A stretch of DNA of 64,000 nt, taken from the NCBI GenBank assembly GCA_965201075.1, contig CBDAVP010000022.1:4567-68566 (forward strand), given 5' to 3'. Under the pieces are notes generated by a model. The model had not been told where the DNA came from, searched no databases, and saw only the letters and a program-made list of their open reading frames with translations. Source of the DNA: Isosphaeraceae bacterium. Lineage in GTDB: Bacteria > Planctomycetota > Planctomycetia > Isosphaerales > Isosphaeraceae. The number at the start of each line of letters is the position of its first letter. Within the stretch, counting starts at the first letter, position 1. The position numbers were made by a program, and so were the translations under genes. Positions 1 to 9,307 of this stretch are shown piece by piece.

Positions 1-35
1 ATCTCCACTGGGGGTATTTCGCGGTCGGCTCGGCG

Positions 36-1739
36 ATGGCCTTTGGCGGGGCGTGCTGGGCGGTGGCCACGGCGACGGGCGTCCGGAACGCGGACATCGG
101 CTCGCTGGTCCGCCCGCTGATCACCAGTCTCGTCGGCCTGGTCATTTTTCTGGCGACCGATTCCCTCAACGTCTTGACGGTGCGGCCCCCCGAAGCGAGC
201 GCTCTGGGGTTGCCACCAGCTCAGGGGGTGGAAGGTTCGATCGGGGTCCGACCCACGAGGACAGTGGCCGAGGTTTCTCCCGAAGGGATCAACGCGGGGC
301 GCCGCTCGCTCGAAGCGGCCTTGCGGACGGAATCTGTCGCCTTGTCGCGGAGGACGGCCCAGGTTCGGACGTCACTGACCGAGACGTTCGGTCCCGAACA
401 CTGGGTTTCGCTATTGGTGGACGGTGTGACGGACGCCGAGGCGTTTGAATTGATCGTGGAACGACTTCGGCCCCGCGCCGGTAAGGGGGCCGACGATTTT
501 TATGCGACGATGGAGTCGGCCGACCGGATGCTGGTGGTGATGGGCCCCATCGCCGACGCCGACGCGTTCGCCCAGGACATCGGTTCGGGAACGACCTATG
601 TCCTCGAACGCGATCCGTTGAGGCTGGCGTTGGAGTGGGACCGCTGGCGGCCGAAACTCGCGGAGCTTTCGCCGCCGAAGTCACGGGCGACCGACGAGTT
701 GACCGGGTCGGAGACGGATCGTCCGTCGTCTTCGACGAATCCCGGCTCGGTCCGTCCGCCACCCCTTGCCTCGCTGCCCACGGTCCGGGCCCCGGCCGAG
801 GCCAAGTCGGCCGACGCGATCTTCGCCGACGCGAACCCGGAGTTTGTCGCGATCGGCGATCACACCGTCCGGGAGGTCTGGAACCTCCGGAGTCATGATC
901 GCCTGGGATCGCTGTTCAACGTCGAGGCGGCCCCTTCCGAGACCTGCCTCTCTTCGGACGGAAACTGGTTCGCGACATTGAACACCGGGCGAGGGAGGCT
1001 GGTTGGGAACGCGACCCGGGGAATCCGAGTCTGGTCCACCCGGGCCGGCGAGGCTTCGCTTCAGTTGGAGTTCGAGGTCGAGCCGGACGACTTCCTGGGC
1101 TTCGCCGGCCCCTCTCGGTTGGTTCTGGTGACTCGCAAGGGTCTTCGCGTTCTGGCCTTCGACGTGCCGGAGGGGCGCAAGGTGATCGATGCACGGCTGC
1201 CGGTTCAGATCGACTGGGCATCCTTGCGGCTGGGTCTCGACGGCCGGCGGTTGGCGATGGCCGAAACGCACGGGGACCGCGTGTCCATTTTCGACCTAGA
1301 GGCCGGGACGGTGTTGCCCGCGACTGGCCTGTTTGGCGACAGCCGGCCAATCTCCTACGAATGTCTCGGCCTGATGTTCGACACCACCCGAGGCGGACTC
1401 GCGGGGATTTTCACCGATGGGGAAAAAACCTGGCTGGGCCTCTGGGATGGGCAGGATGGGGCGATGCTTGAACGGAAGGCGATGTTGACCCCGGATCAGG
1501 GCACCCTTTGGAAGGGCTTCACGTCGAGACCCTGGGTGGACGAATTGCCGGGAGGGGACTGGCTGATCCGGGGCGCGGCGATCGTGCGGCAGGATGGGCG
1601 GATCGTGGAACTCCCCGGCGGCGCCGACGAGGCGTCGATGTTTCTGCCCCGGCGGGCGGTCCCCGGAGGTTGGCTGGCGGTGGTGGACGGGTTCGCCGCG
1701 ATTGCCCACGAGATCCGGATGGAGGCCTTGCCCCGTTGA
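36..1739 (+). CDS. Hypothetical membrane-anchored protein with a beta-propeller-like C-terminal half; the 5' end may lie upstream of the window
   Basis: The 567-aa ORF has a hydrophobic N-terminus. The frame stays open back to nt 3, so the true start may be outside the window. The C-terminal half has repeated WD-like strands (VWNLRSH, IRVWSTR, VSIFDLEAG). I recognise no confident family. Confidence 0.5.
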   Translation: MAFGGACWAVATATGVRNADIGSLVRPLITSLVGLVIFLATDSLNVLTVRPPEASALGLPPAQGVEGSIGVRPTRTVAEVSPEGINAGRRSLEAALRTESVALSRRTAQVRTSLTETFGPEHWVSLLVDGVTDAEAFELIVERLRPRAGKGADDFYATMESADRMLVVMGPIADADAFAQDIGSGTTYVLERDPLRLALEWDRWRPKLAELSPPKSRATDELTGSETDRPSSSTNPGSVRPPPLASLPTVRAPAEAKSADAIFADANPEFVAIGDHTVREVWNLRSHDRLGSLFNVEAAPSETCLSSDGNWFATLNTGRGRLVGNATRGIRVWSTRAGEASLQLEFEVEPDDFLGFAGPSRLVLVTRKGLRVLAFDVPEGRKVIDARLPVQIDWASLRLGLDGRRLAMAETHGDRVSIFDLEAGTVLPATGLFGDSRPISYECLGLMFDTTRGGLAGIFTDGEKTWLGLWDGQDGAMLERKAMLTPDQGTLWKGFTSRPWVDELPGGDWLIRGAAIVRQDGRIVELPGGADEASMFLPRRAVPGGWLAVVDGFAAIAHEIRMEALPR

Positions 1740-1745
1740 TCTGGG

Positions 1746-1767
1746 GGCGAGGGCAAGGCTCCTCGCC
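1746..1767. terminator. Possible bidirectional hairpin between convergent genes
   Basis: GGCGAGG-gcaaggct-CCTCGCC forms a 7-bp stem in the 30-nt gap between the stop at 1739 (+) and the stop of accC at 1770 (-). There is no clear U-tract. Confidence 0.3.
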
Positions 1768-1769
1768 GT

Positions 1770-3122
1770 TCAATCCTTCGGCGGCATCAGGACCCGCTCG
1801 ACCCAGGTCGTATCGACGCGGCCGGCGAGGAAGTCGGGGTTACGGAAGATCCGCCGGTGGAGGGGCAGCGTGGTCGGAATCCCCTCAATGACCATCTCGT
1901 CCAGGGCGCGACGCATCGTGGCGATCGCCTCGTCGCGGTCTCGGCCGTAGGAGATCAGTTTCCCGACGAGGGAGTCATAGTTGGGCGGCACGCGATACCC
2001 GATGCGGACGTGCGAATCCCAACGCACGCCCCGACCGGCGGGGACTCGCAGGCCCGTGATGACTCCTGGCGAGGGGCGAAATCCGTTATCGGGGTCCTCG
2101 GCGTTGATCCGGCATTCCAGGGCGTGGCCGAACTGGGGGATATCCGCCTGGCTAAACGGTAGGGGTTCGCCTGCCGCGATGCGGATCTGCTGCTGGATCA
2201 GGTCGATGCCGGTGATCAGTTCGGTCACCGGGTGTTCGACCTGAATCCGGGCGTTGACCTCGATGAAGTAGAAATTTTGGTCGGCGTCGACGAGGAACTC
2301 ACAGGTCCCGGCGTTGACGTAGCCGGCGGTCTTGGCCAGGCGGACGGCAGCCTCTCCCAGCTTTCGGCGAACCCTGGGGTTGAGCGCGACGGAGGGAGCT
2401 TCCTCGACGAGCTTCTGGTGACGCCGTTGGAGGGAACATTCGCGCTCCCAGAGGTGGACGATGTTGCCCTGGGAGTCGGCCAGGATCTGGACCTCGACGT
2501 GGCGGGGCCGGTCGATGAAGCGTTCCAGGTAGACGCTGGGATTCTTGAAGGCGGCCTCGGCCTCGGTGCGGGCCGACCGGATCGCTCCCAGGAGTTCCGA
2601 CTCCTGTCGGCAGATGCGCATCCCCTTGCCGCCCCCACCGGCGGCGGCCTTGATGAGGACCGGGTAGCCGATCGAGCCCGCGGCGGCCAAGGCCTCGGCC
2701 TCGGTGTCGATCGGACCGTCGGACCCGGGCACGACGGGAACCTTCGCGAGGTGGGCGACCGCCTTGGCCTCGGTCTTCAGGCCCATCTTACGGATCGCTT
2801 CGTGCGGAGGCCCAATGAAGACGAACTTGCTGGTGCGGCAGACCTCGGCGAAGTGAGGGTTTTCGCTAAGGAAGCCATAACCGGGATGGATCGCCTGGAC
2901 GTCGGCGACCTCCGCCGCGGCGATCAGGCGGGGGATGTTCAGGTAGCTGTCCGACCCAGGCGCCCTGCCGATGCAGATGGCTCGATCGGCCAGTTCCAGG
3001 TAGGGGGCGTCGGCGTCGGCCTTGGAGTAAACGGCCACCGACTCGATCCCCATCTCCCGGCAGGCCCGGATGATGCGGAGGGCAATCTCGCCGCGATTGG
3101 CCACCAGGATGCGCTGAAACAT
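1770..3122 (-). CDS. accC: Acetyl-CoA carboxylase, biotin carboxylase subunit
   Basis: The 450-aa product starts [28 protein letters not shown]. It has ATP-grasp motifs and lies directly downstream of accB. Confidence 0.95.
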   Translation of the reverse strand: MFQRILVANRGEIALRIIRACREMGIESVAVYSKADADAPYLELADRAICIGRAPGSDSYLNIPRLIAAAEVADVQAIHPGYGFLSENPHFAEVCRTSKFVFIGPPHEAIRKMGLKTEAKAVAHLAKVPVVPGSDGPIDTEAEALAAAGSIGYPVLIKAAAGGGGKGMRICRQESELLGAIRSARTEAEAAFKNPSVYLERFIDRPRHVEVQILADSQGNIVHLWERECSLQRRHQKLVEEAPSVALNPRVRRKLGEAAVRLAKTAGYVNAGTCEFLVDADQNFYFIEVNARIQVEHPVTELITGIDLIQQQIRIAAGEPLPFSQADIPQFGHALECRINAEDPDNGFRPSPGVITGLRVPAGRGVRWDSHVRIGYRVPPNYDSLVGKLISYGRDRDEAIATMRRALDEMVIEGIPTTLPLHRRIFRNPDFLAGRVDTTWVERVLMPPKD

Positions 3123-3218
3123 GCGGTATCCGGAGTGCGGAGGGGTGGGCTGGGACGGGGCGTGAACCTCGAAGCGGGGGGATCACTCCGAACGCCTTTG
3201 GCGGTTCGGCTCGGAACT

Positions 3219-3755
3219 TCAGCTCGGGTTGACCCGGTAGAGGGGCTGGCCGAACTCAACGGCTTGACCGTTCTTGACGAGGACTTCGGTGATCGTGCCG
3301 GCCATCTGGGCGGGGATGTCGGTGAAAACCTTCATCGCCTCGATGATGCAAACGATCGTCTCGGCACGCACGACCGAACCGGGGCCGACGAAAGGGGGAG
3401 TGTCGGGGGAACTTGACGAGAAATAGGTGCCAACCATGGGGCTCTCGATCACCGAGCCAGCCGGCGCCGCGACGGCGGCCGCGGTTGGGTTGGCCGAAGG
3501 GCTCGGCGGTCCGGCGGGATGGGACGCGACGGTGTGATGCCCCAACGTTGGCGGAGGGGCGGCGGCCGGTAGGCTCGGGGGTGCGGAATGGCCCGATTCC
3601 ACGCCCCGGCGGCGGAGGCGAATCCGGGTGTCGCCCGAGTCGAGGTTGATCGCCGTCAGGTCGTAGCGGTGCATCAGGCGGACGAGGCGACGGATCGTGC
3701 GGACCTCGGCGGGTTCAGGCGTCCCCGACTCCTTCGACTTCTCCGGCTCCGGCAT
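3219..3755 (-). CDS. accB: Acetyl-CoA carboxylase biotin carboxyl carrier protein
   Basis: The C-terminal biotinyl domain carries the EAMK motif (IIEAMKVFTDIPA). The linker is Pro/Ala-rich. I chose the start at the internal ATG (MPEPEKSK), which is preceded by GGGAGAG. The track ORF extends to 3791. Confidence 0.9.
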   Translation of the reverse strand: MPEPEKSKESGTPEPAEVRTIRRLVRLMHRYDLTAINLDSGDTRIRLRRRGVESGHSAPPSLPAAAPPPTLGHHTVASHPAGPPSPSANPTAAAVAAPAGSVIESPMVGTYFSSSSPDTPPFVGPGSVVRAETIVCIIEAMKVFTDIPAQMAGTITEVLVKNGQAVEFGQPLYRVNPS

Positions 3756-3861
3756 GCGTCTCTCCCAGTTCACTGTCGGGCCGTTACACAAAAAAAATCG
3801 TCGTCGAGGCCAGGCACCTGGCGAGATCGCGGAATCTGGGTCGCGGGAAGTCTGGGCCCGA

Positions 3862-4962
3862 TCAGGAGGCGCGAACCGTTTCGAGGGCTTTGGGAACGCG
3901 GGTCAGAACCTCGCACCCGTCCTCCGTCACCAGGACATCGTCCTCGATCCGGACGCCGCCCCAGTTGGGAAGGTAGATGCCGGGCTCGACCGTGACGATC
4001 ATTCCCGGCCGCAGCACCACGTCGCTTTCCTGACGAAGCCTCGGAGCTTCGTGGATGTCGCGACCCAACCCGTGACCCAGGCCGTGATTAAAGAAATCGC
4101 CGAAGCCCTTCGCCGCGATGACGGCCCGAGCTTCGGCGTCGACTTCACGGCCCGTCACACCGGGGCGAATCGCGGCGATTCCGCGCTCATTGGCTTCCAG
4201 CACGACCCGGTAGACCTCTTCAAACTTGGGAGTGACCTTACCGGTGACCAAAACCCTCGTCAAGTCACTTTTGTACGGCCGGCCCATCGCTCCCCAGTCG
4301 ATCAGAACAAAGTCGTCGTCACCGATCTTCGTGTCGGGGGAAGGTTTATGATGCGGAAGCGCCCCGTTTTTGCCCACCCCCACGATTGGCGAGAAGGCGG
4401 TGGCGGTCGCTCCGGTTCGCCTCACGGCCATCTCGATCGCGTCGGCCACATCCTTCTCGCTCTGCTCGGGCGAAAGGGACACGCGGATCTGGGCGAATGC
4501 CCGCTCGGCGTACGCGATCGCCTCGCGAATCTCGGCAATCTCGGTTGGATCCTTGACGACCCGCAGGTTCTCCACCAGGTCGGTGAGGCCCCGCAAATCC
4601 ACGCTCGGCAGCTTCGCCTGGAGCGCCTGGTGATCCGCCACCGAGACCACGGCCGACTCGAAGCCGATCGACCGAAGACCCAGTTTGCCGAGAATCTCGG
4701 CCAGGCCATCGCCCATCAACTGACCGGTCGGGCGGATATGCGCGGGCAGCCCGCGACACTCCTCCTCAATCTGCGTGGTGTACCGCCCGTCGGAGACAAT
4801 GAGTGAGCGGTCCCTGGTCAGAAGGAGGGCGGCGTCACTGCCACTGAAACCAGTCAGGTAGCCGATGTTCGTGATCGAGGAGACCAGAAACCCATCGACG
4901 CCCAGAAGAGCGACGGCGGCCCACAAGGATTCGCGTCGCTGAGCGGCGGTTTCACTGGTCAT
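3862..4962 (-). CDS. pepP: Xaa-Pro aminopeptidase, M24B family
   Basis: It has a creatinase-like N-domain and the M24 metal-ligand motifs (HGLGHGLGRDIHE, VEPGIY, IEDDVLV). The start is set at MTSETAAQRR. The longer track ORF (to 5340) has a low-complexity extension that overlaps the neighbouring gene. Confidence 0.9.
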   Translation of the reverse strand: MTSETAAQRRESLWAAVALLGVDGFLVSSITNIGYLTGFSGSDAALLLTRDRSLIVSDGRYTTQIEEECRGLPAHIRPTGQLMGDGLAEILGKLGLRSIGFESAVVSVADHQALQAKLPSVDLRGLTDLVENLRVVKDPTEIAEIREAIAYAERAFAQIRVSLSPEQSEKDVADAIEMAVRRTGATATAFSPIVGVGKNGALPHHKPSPDTKIGDDDFVLIDWGAMGRPYKSDLTRVLVTGKVTPKFEEVYRVVLEANERGIAAIRPGVTGREVDAEARAVIAAKGFGDFFNHGLGHGLGRDIHEAPRLRQESDVVLRPGMIVTVEPGIYLPNWGGVRIEDDVLVTEDGCEVLTRVPKALETVRAS

Positions 4963-5149
4963 CGGCCATTTCCTCAAGTCGCGGGCGTTTCCCACCCCTT
5001 TGCTATCAAAGTCGACCTCCGGGATCAACGGTCGCGGAGCCGTTCCGACCGGTTTCGCTTCCAGAACCGGGCGAGTGCCACGAAAAAAAGGCCACGACCG
5101 TCGGGTGACGGTCGCGGCCGTGGTGGACCTGCCAAAGGGGTGAACGGGA

Positions 5150-6301
5150 TCACCAGTCTCCGCCGCCTCCGCCGTCACCCCCGCCACCCCAATCGCCACC
5201 ACCTCCTCCGCCCCAATCACCACCGCCGCCTCCGCCTCCGCCCCAGTCGCCTCCGCCCCCGCCGCCGGCGTCGGAAGTGCCACCTGAGGTCCAGTCCCCG
5301 CCGGACTCGCCCCAGGAGGCGCCCTGGCCGCCGTTGTCATCAGCGCCGATCATGTCGCCTCCGCCGGCCGTGGCGTCGGGCAGGGACTCGCCACCGGTGT
5401 AGCCGCCAGCCTGATCGGTGTGGTGAGAACGGCCCGAGAACTGGTCATAGAGCCAGTTTCCGGCGACGGCCCCGCCCAGGCCGCCGAAGAGGCTGGACAT
5501 GAACCCGCCACGAGGCTGGGGAGCCCCATAACCCGGCCCGCCATAGCCCTGGCCGTATCCGGGGCCGCCGTAGCCGGGACCGCCCATGCGGCCAGGGCCG
5601 CCAGGGCCACCGGGGCCTGGGTAATTGTTCGCGTTGGCGTTGCCTCGGAAGAGCGAGCTGAGGAGTCGCACGCCCACCAGGACCGCCACGATGATGAGAA
5701 TCACGGGAACGAGCGACATGAGGGACAAACCTCCGGGGGCACGAGGACCGGCCGGCGCTGGCCCACCCGCTCGCCCCGGGACGACCGGGGCAGGATTGGC
5801 CGCGACCTTGGTCGGAGACAACTCGTCCTGAATTTCCTGAACGGCCTTCATCAGGCCGCCGTCGAAGTTCTGCGCCTTGAACTCGCTGGTGAACGAGTCG
5901 CGGATCGCCGAACGGCGCCGTTCCGGCAGCCGGGCGGCGGCCCGTTCCGAAACCTCGACGTTGGAGATCAGGTGATTGTCCTTGGAGATCAGGACATAAA
6001 TCCCCCGGCGATCCCCCTCCAGGGCTCGCTGGCGGGCCAGGAGGTTGATGACCTCGGCGGCCTTTTTATTGTGCCAGGAGTCTTTCTGCTCCTGGGTGGT
6101 CGCGTCCTTCAGGGAGGTGATCGTCTCGATCGTCACGGGCAGTTTCGAGGCCCGTTCGACCCGGTCCAACTGGGCCTGGGCCTTTTCAACGGCCGACTTG
6201 CTAAACAGGTCGGCCCGGTCATGAATCTCGGAAGCCCCGGCCACGGGGGCCAAACCGCCCACCGCGAGGGCCAGGGCGACGATCCAGCGAGGCGTCTTCA
6301 T
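5150..6301 (-). CDS. TPM-domain (TLP18.3/Psb32/MOLO-1-like) protein with a TM segment and a Gly-rich tail
   Basis: The order is signal peptide MKTPRWIVALALAVGGLAPVAGA, a TPM-like domain (IHDRADLFS...VTIETITSL...), one TM helix (LSLMSLVPVILIIVAVLVGV), then a long Gly/Pro/Tyr region and GGGGDW repeats. Confidence 0.75.
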   Translation of the reverse strand: MKTPRWIVALALAVGGLAPVAGASEIHDRADLFSKSAVEKAQAQLDRVERASKLPVTIETITSLKDATTQEQKDSWHNKKAAEVINLLARQRALEGDRRGIYVLISKDNHLISNVEVSERAAARLPERRRSAIRDSFTSEFKAQNFDGGLMKAVQEIQDELSPTKVAANPAPVVPGRAGGPAPAGPRAPGGLSLMSLVPVILIIVAVLVGVRLLSSLFRGNANANNYPGPGGPGGPGRMGGPGYGGPGYGQGYGGPGYGAPQPRGGFMSSLFGGLGGAVAGNWLYDQFSGRSHHTDQAGGYTGGESLPDATAGGGDMIGADDNGGQGASWGESGGDWTSGGTSDAGGGGGGDWGGGGGGGGDWGGGGGGDWGGGGDGGGGGDW

Positions 6302-6461
6302 CGTGCGTCATCACCCCACGTTTAAGAGCCAGGACCTCCATCCAGGAGTGACGGAAGGTCTCCGCCAGGCCTGAAAGGACTTCGTCCGTCGGTGCCGGAT
6401 CTTGCCCAGCCAAGCCAAATGGCCGGCACTCGCCATGCCAATCGTCGAGGAGATCGGCCGG

Positions 6462-6749
6462 TCAAGACTCGAGGATATCCGCCAGTCGAGTCAGGGCGAC
6501 CACCTCATCGCGGCGGATCAAGACCCGATCGCGGTTGCGGCGAATCCCCAGGCGTTTCGAGTCAAAGACGTAGTTTTCCCGGGTCGCCCGGCTGTCTCGC
6601 AGGTCATGCAGGTCGGCCTCGACCAGTTCGAGAAAGCCCTGGTCGAAGTTCTGCAATGTGCCCAGGCAGACGTACTGAGAGGCGAGGTCCGCCACGATCA
6701 CCGTTCCCTTCAGGCTGTCCAGGAACGATTCGGAACCCGGTTCGGTCAT
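6462..6749 (-). CDS. Small conserved-looking protein, possibly an Sm/LSm-like fold
   Basis: The 95-aa product starts at the internal ATG (MTEPGSESFLDSLKG). The pattern GTVIVADLASQYVCLGTLQNFDQGFLELVEADL resembles an Sm1 motif. The assignment is tentative. Confidence 0.45.
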   Translation of the reverse strand: MTEPGSESFLDSLKGTVIVADLASQYVCLGTLQNFDQGFLELVEADLHDLRDSRATRENYVFDSKRLGIRRNRDRVLIRRDEVVALTRLADILES

Positions 6750-6856
6750 CACCCACCCCGGCGAAATGGTGCGAAAACTTGACGAATTTACGTGCCAAAT
6801 TGGCGGCCAAGCTTCGTCTTGACGCGGCAATGGCGGGTGGCTAGTGTCCCGCCACC

Positions 6857-8265
6857 ATGTCACCCAAAACCCCCACGCTCGCCGCCGGCCTGGCCGTGTT
6901 GAGCGTTCTCTGGCCGGTCTCGCCCTGCGAGGCCCGCCAGGACGCCCCGTCGGCCCCCGCTGCCGCGCCCGCCGATTCGCCGTCGTCCTCCGAGGCGTCG
7001 GTGATCCTATTGTCCGACGGCAGCCTCCTTCGAGGCAAGGTCATCGAAGGCGAGTCGGGACCCCTGGTGGTCCAGAAGCTCGGGACCATCCCGCTGAAGA
7101 AGCGGCGGGTCGAGGGGATCTTTGGCTCCACACGCGAGGTTTACGAATACAAACGGAACCAGCTCGCCCAGGACGATCCCGACGAGCACCTGAACCTCGC
7201 CCACTGGTGCCTCAAGGAAGGGCTCAAGGCCGAGGCGAAGGAAGAGCTTTCCCGGGTGCTGACGCTGGTCGGCGGACACCCGCAGGCCTCCGCGATGCTC
7301 GCCTCGATCGAGGCCGAGAGTCTGCGACCCGCCCCGATCGATCCGGGCCTTCGCCGCACCAGCGTCGAGATGCCGGTCGACGGCGCCCCGGGCGACCTCG
7401 ATCCGGACGTGCTCGGCCTCCCCTCGGGCCTCCCAGGAAACTCGGCAAGCCCGTCATCTTCGACCTGCCCCCCGCGCTGGCGTCTCGTTTGTTCCAGGAG
7501 TTCGCCGGCAACGTCCACCTGGAACTCCAGAGGCGTTGCGCCGGCTGCCACAACGAGCGTTCGGAAAGCACCTTTCAACTCAAGCAGGTGCGAACCCGAC
7601 CGGAGTTGAAGGACCCCCTGCTCCTTCGCGGCAACCTGGACGCGACCCTTCGCCTGATCGACCGCGAGCGGCCCGAGCGCAGCGAGCTGCTGACCAGCAG
7701 CCTGATGCCCCACGGCAAGCTGAACACGCCGGTCCTCAGCGGGCCGAACCATCCGTCCTACCGGATCCTGGCCCACTGGGTCCAGGGGTTGAAGTCGCGA
7801 GACGCCGCGAACGGTCCCGAATCGTCCGAGGCCCCCAGCGACTTCCCCCTTCGCGAGACCGCGACCCCGGCCGAATCCCGAACCTTCGGCGCCGATCGCG
7901 GCCCCAAGACACACCCCGCCGCGGCGCCCGCTCCCTTCGCCGCCTCGAAATGGCCCGATCCCGCGGTGCAGTCCCAGGCTCCCGTCGGCTCGCCTCCCCA
8001 GATTCAGGCGACGACCCTCAACGCCTCGAAGGACCACCCGTCGCTCCCCCCCGATACCCAGTTTCCCGACCCCTCAACCTTGCCAACGGCCGCTCCCCTG
8101 AACCCGTCCGCGGCCGCCGCCGGAGTTCCCGGAGCCACCTCCGAGGAACTGAAACCGCTGACGGCCGCCGACCTCGACCGCATGGCCACCAAGAAGAAAA
8201 ACGCCAGCAAGATCAAACCCTCCGACCTCCAGAAGTTCATGACCCGGGGCCAGCCGGTCCCGTGA
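6857..8265 (+). pseudogene. Secreted protein with a single CxxCH motif (PSCyt-like); the reading frame is interrupted near 7438
   Basis: The ORF 6857..7609 has a signal peptide and protein-like sequence up to ...DVLGLPSGLPG. The ORF 6844..8265 is protein-like only from KLGKPVIFDLPPALASRLFQEFAGNVHLELQRRCAGCHN onward. The two parts join if one A is added to the AAA run at 7438-7440. Confidence 0.55.
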
Positions 8266-8348
8266 TCCGCCGACCTTCTGGACTTGACGGCCGAAGGAAT
8301 TCGGGGTAAATCGCCGACAACATTGTGATAACAGAGGGGGGGGCGTTG

Positions 8349-8696
8349 ATGAATCAAACGCTCAAAACTCGACCGACGCTCCTGAGAGCGGCCCTCCTTG
8401 CGCTGGCGGTCGTAGGATTTCTGCTGGACGCGCTGCCGACTTTCCGCGGGTTGAAGGATGGCTCGGGCGTCCACGTTCCGTCGAGCCCCTGGGATCGTGA
8501 GGAAGATGACTCCGCCGACGGAGTCGCCCAATCCCCCTCGCTGACGATCTCGCTGGCCCGAACGCTCTCACCTTCGCAACCCTCCGCGTCCCTCCCCTTT
8601 GCCCGCCTGAATCCAGCGGGCCCCTTCCCGATCGCTGGCCGTCGAGACTCTCCGCCGACGGCCGGAGCCGCTCGCCCGCACGCCCTACGCTGTTGA
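8349..8696 (+). CDS. Hypothetical small protein with an N-terminal TM/signal anchor
   Basis: The ATG at 8349 gives MNQTLKTRPTLLRAALLALAVVGFLL. Third-position GC is fairly high. I recognise no homology. Confidence 0.3.
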   Translation: MNQTLKTRPTLLRAALLALAVVGFLLDALPTFRGLKDGSGVHVPSSPWDREEDDSADGVAQSPSLTISLARTLSPSQPSASLPFARLNPAGPFPIAGRRDSPPTAGAARPHALRC

Positions 8697-9040
8697 TCGA
8701 TCAGGTCCAGGCGTCACCGGTCCACGACGTCGCGGCCCCTCGTCGCTCCCTAGCGATCACGCCGGGAAACCTCTCGTCACCCGTTCCGTCGAGGATCGTC
8801 CCCCCCGTCGGATCGTCGACCGCCCCGATTCCTCTCTCGGATCGCGTCGGACCGACCTTCAAAAACCTCGGTCAGGACCACCTCGAGGATTTCCTCGGAA
8901 ATCCGAGGGAACTCGGTCCTAATGCTTCCTGTTCGACGCTCAGAGAACTGAATCCCGGGTCGTGATCGGGGCCGAAGGATCGGCCTCCTTTGGACTGACG
9001 CTGGTCAGCCGTCGACCCGCCAGGAAGGGAGGGATTGCGA

Positions 9041-9307
9041 ATGTTGCTTGCCTACTTCGGACCGGAAACCACCTTGCCGGTGACCTCGGCCCTGGCCGCC
9101 GTGGCTGGCTTTGGCCTGATGTTCGGCCGCCAGGTGATCCGCGTGGCCCGCGTCGTCCTGCGACGCATGGTCGGAGGTTTGGGAACGACGGCTTCGGGGC
9201 CGGCGACCCCGATGGGGCGGACCGCCAGTGTCCGGGCCCGCCGCGATCGGTCCTCGACGCCTCACCACGCCCACGAGGTTGGGAAATCGGAGCAGGTTGA
9301 CGCATGA
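9041..9307 (+). CDS. Small membrane protein translationally coupled to the downstream phosphodiesterase-family gene
   Basis: The product starts MLLAYFGPETTLPVTSALAAVAGFGLMF (one TM helix) and has a basic tail. GGAAGGGAGGG lies 9 nt upstream of the ATG. Its stop overlaps the next start (ATGA at 9304-9307). Confidence 0.5.
   Translation: MLLAYFGPETTLPVTSALAAVAGFGLMFGRQVIRVARVVLRRMVGGLGTTASGPATPMGRTASVRARRDRSSTPHHAHEVGKSEQVDA

Noticed and set aside
4963-5340. The N-terminal 126-aa extension of the pepP ORF
   Set aside because: It is an Ala/Gly/Thr low-complexity translation of the GGGGDW repeat region read in another frame. It overlaps the 3' end of the TPM gene. A good ATG at 4962 starts the conserved domain.
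7436-7441. Programmed -1 ribosomal frameshift at GGAAAC
   Set aside because: There is no canonical X XXY YYZ slippery heptamer and no obvious downstream stimulatory structure. A single-base indel in the A run explains the data more simply.
8693-8965. The + strand ORF of 90 aa
   Set aside because: It has a non-ATG start, a Pro/Ser-rich unstructured product, no SD and no recognisable features. The evidence is insufficient to call it.
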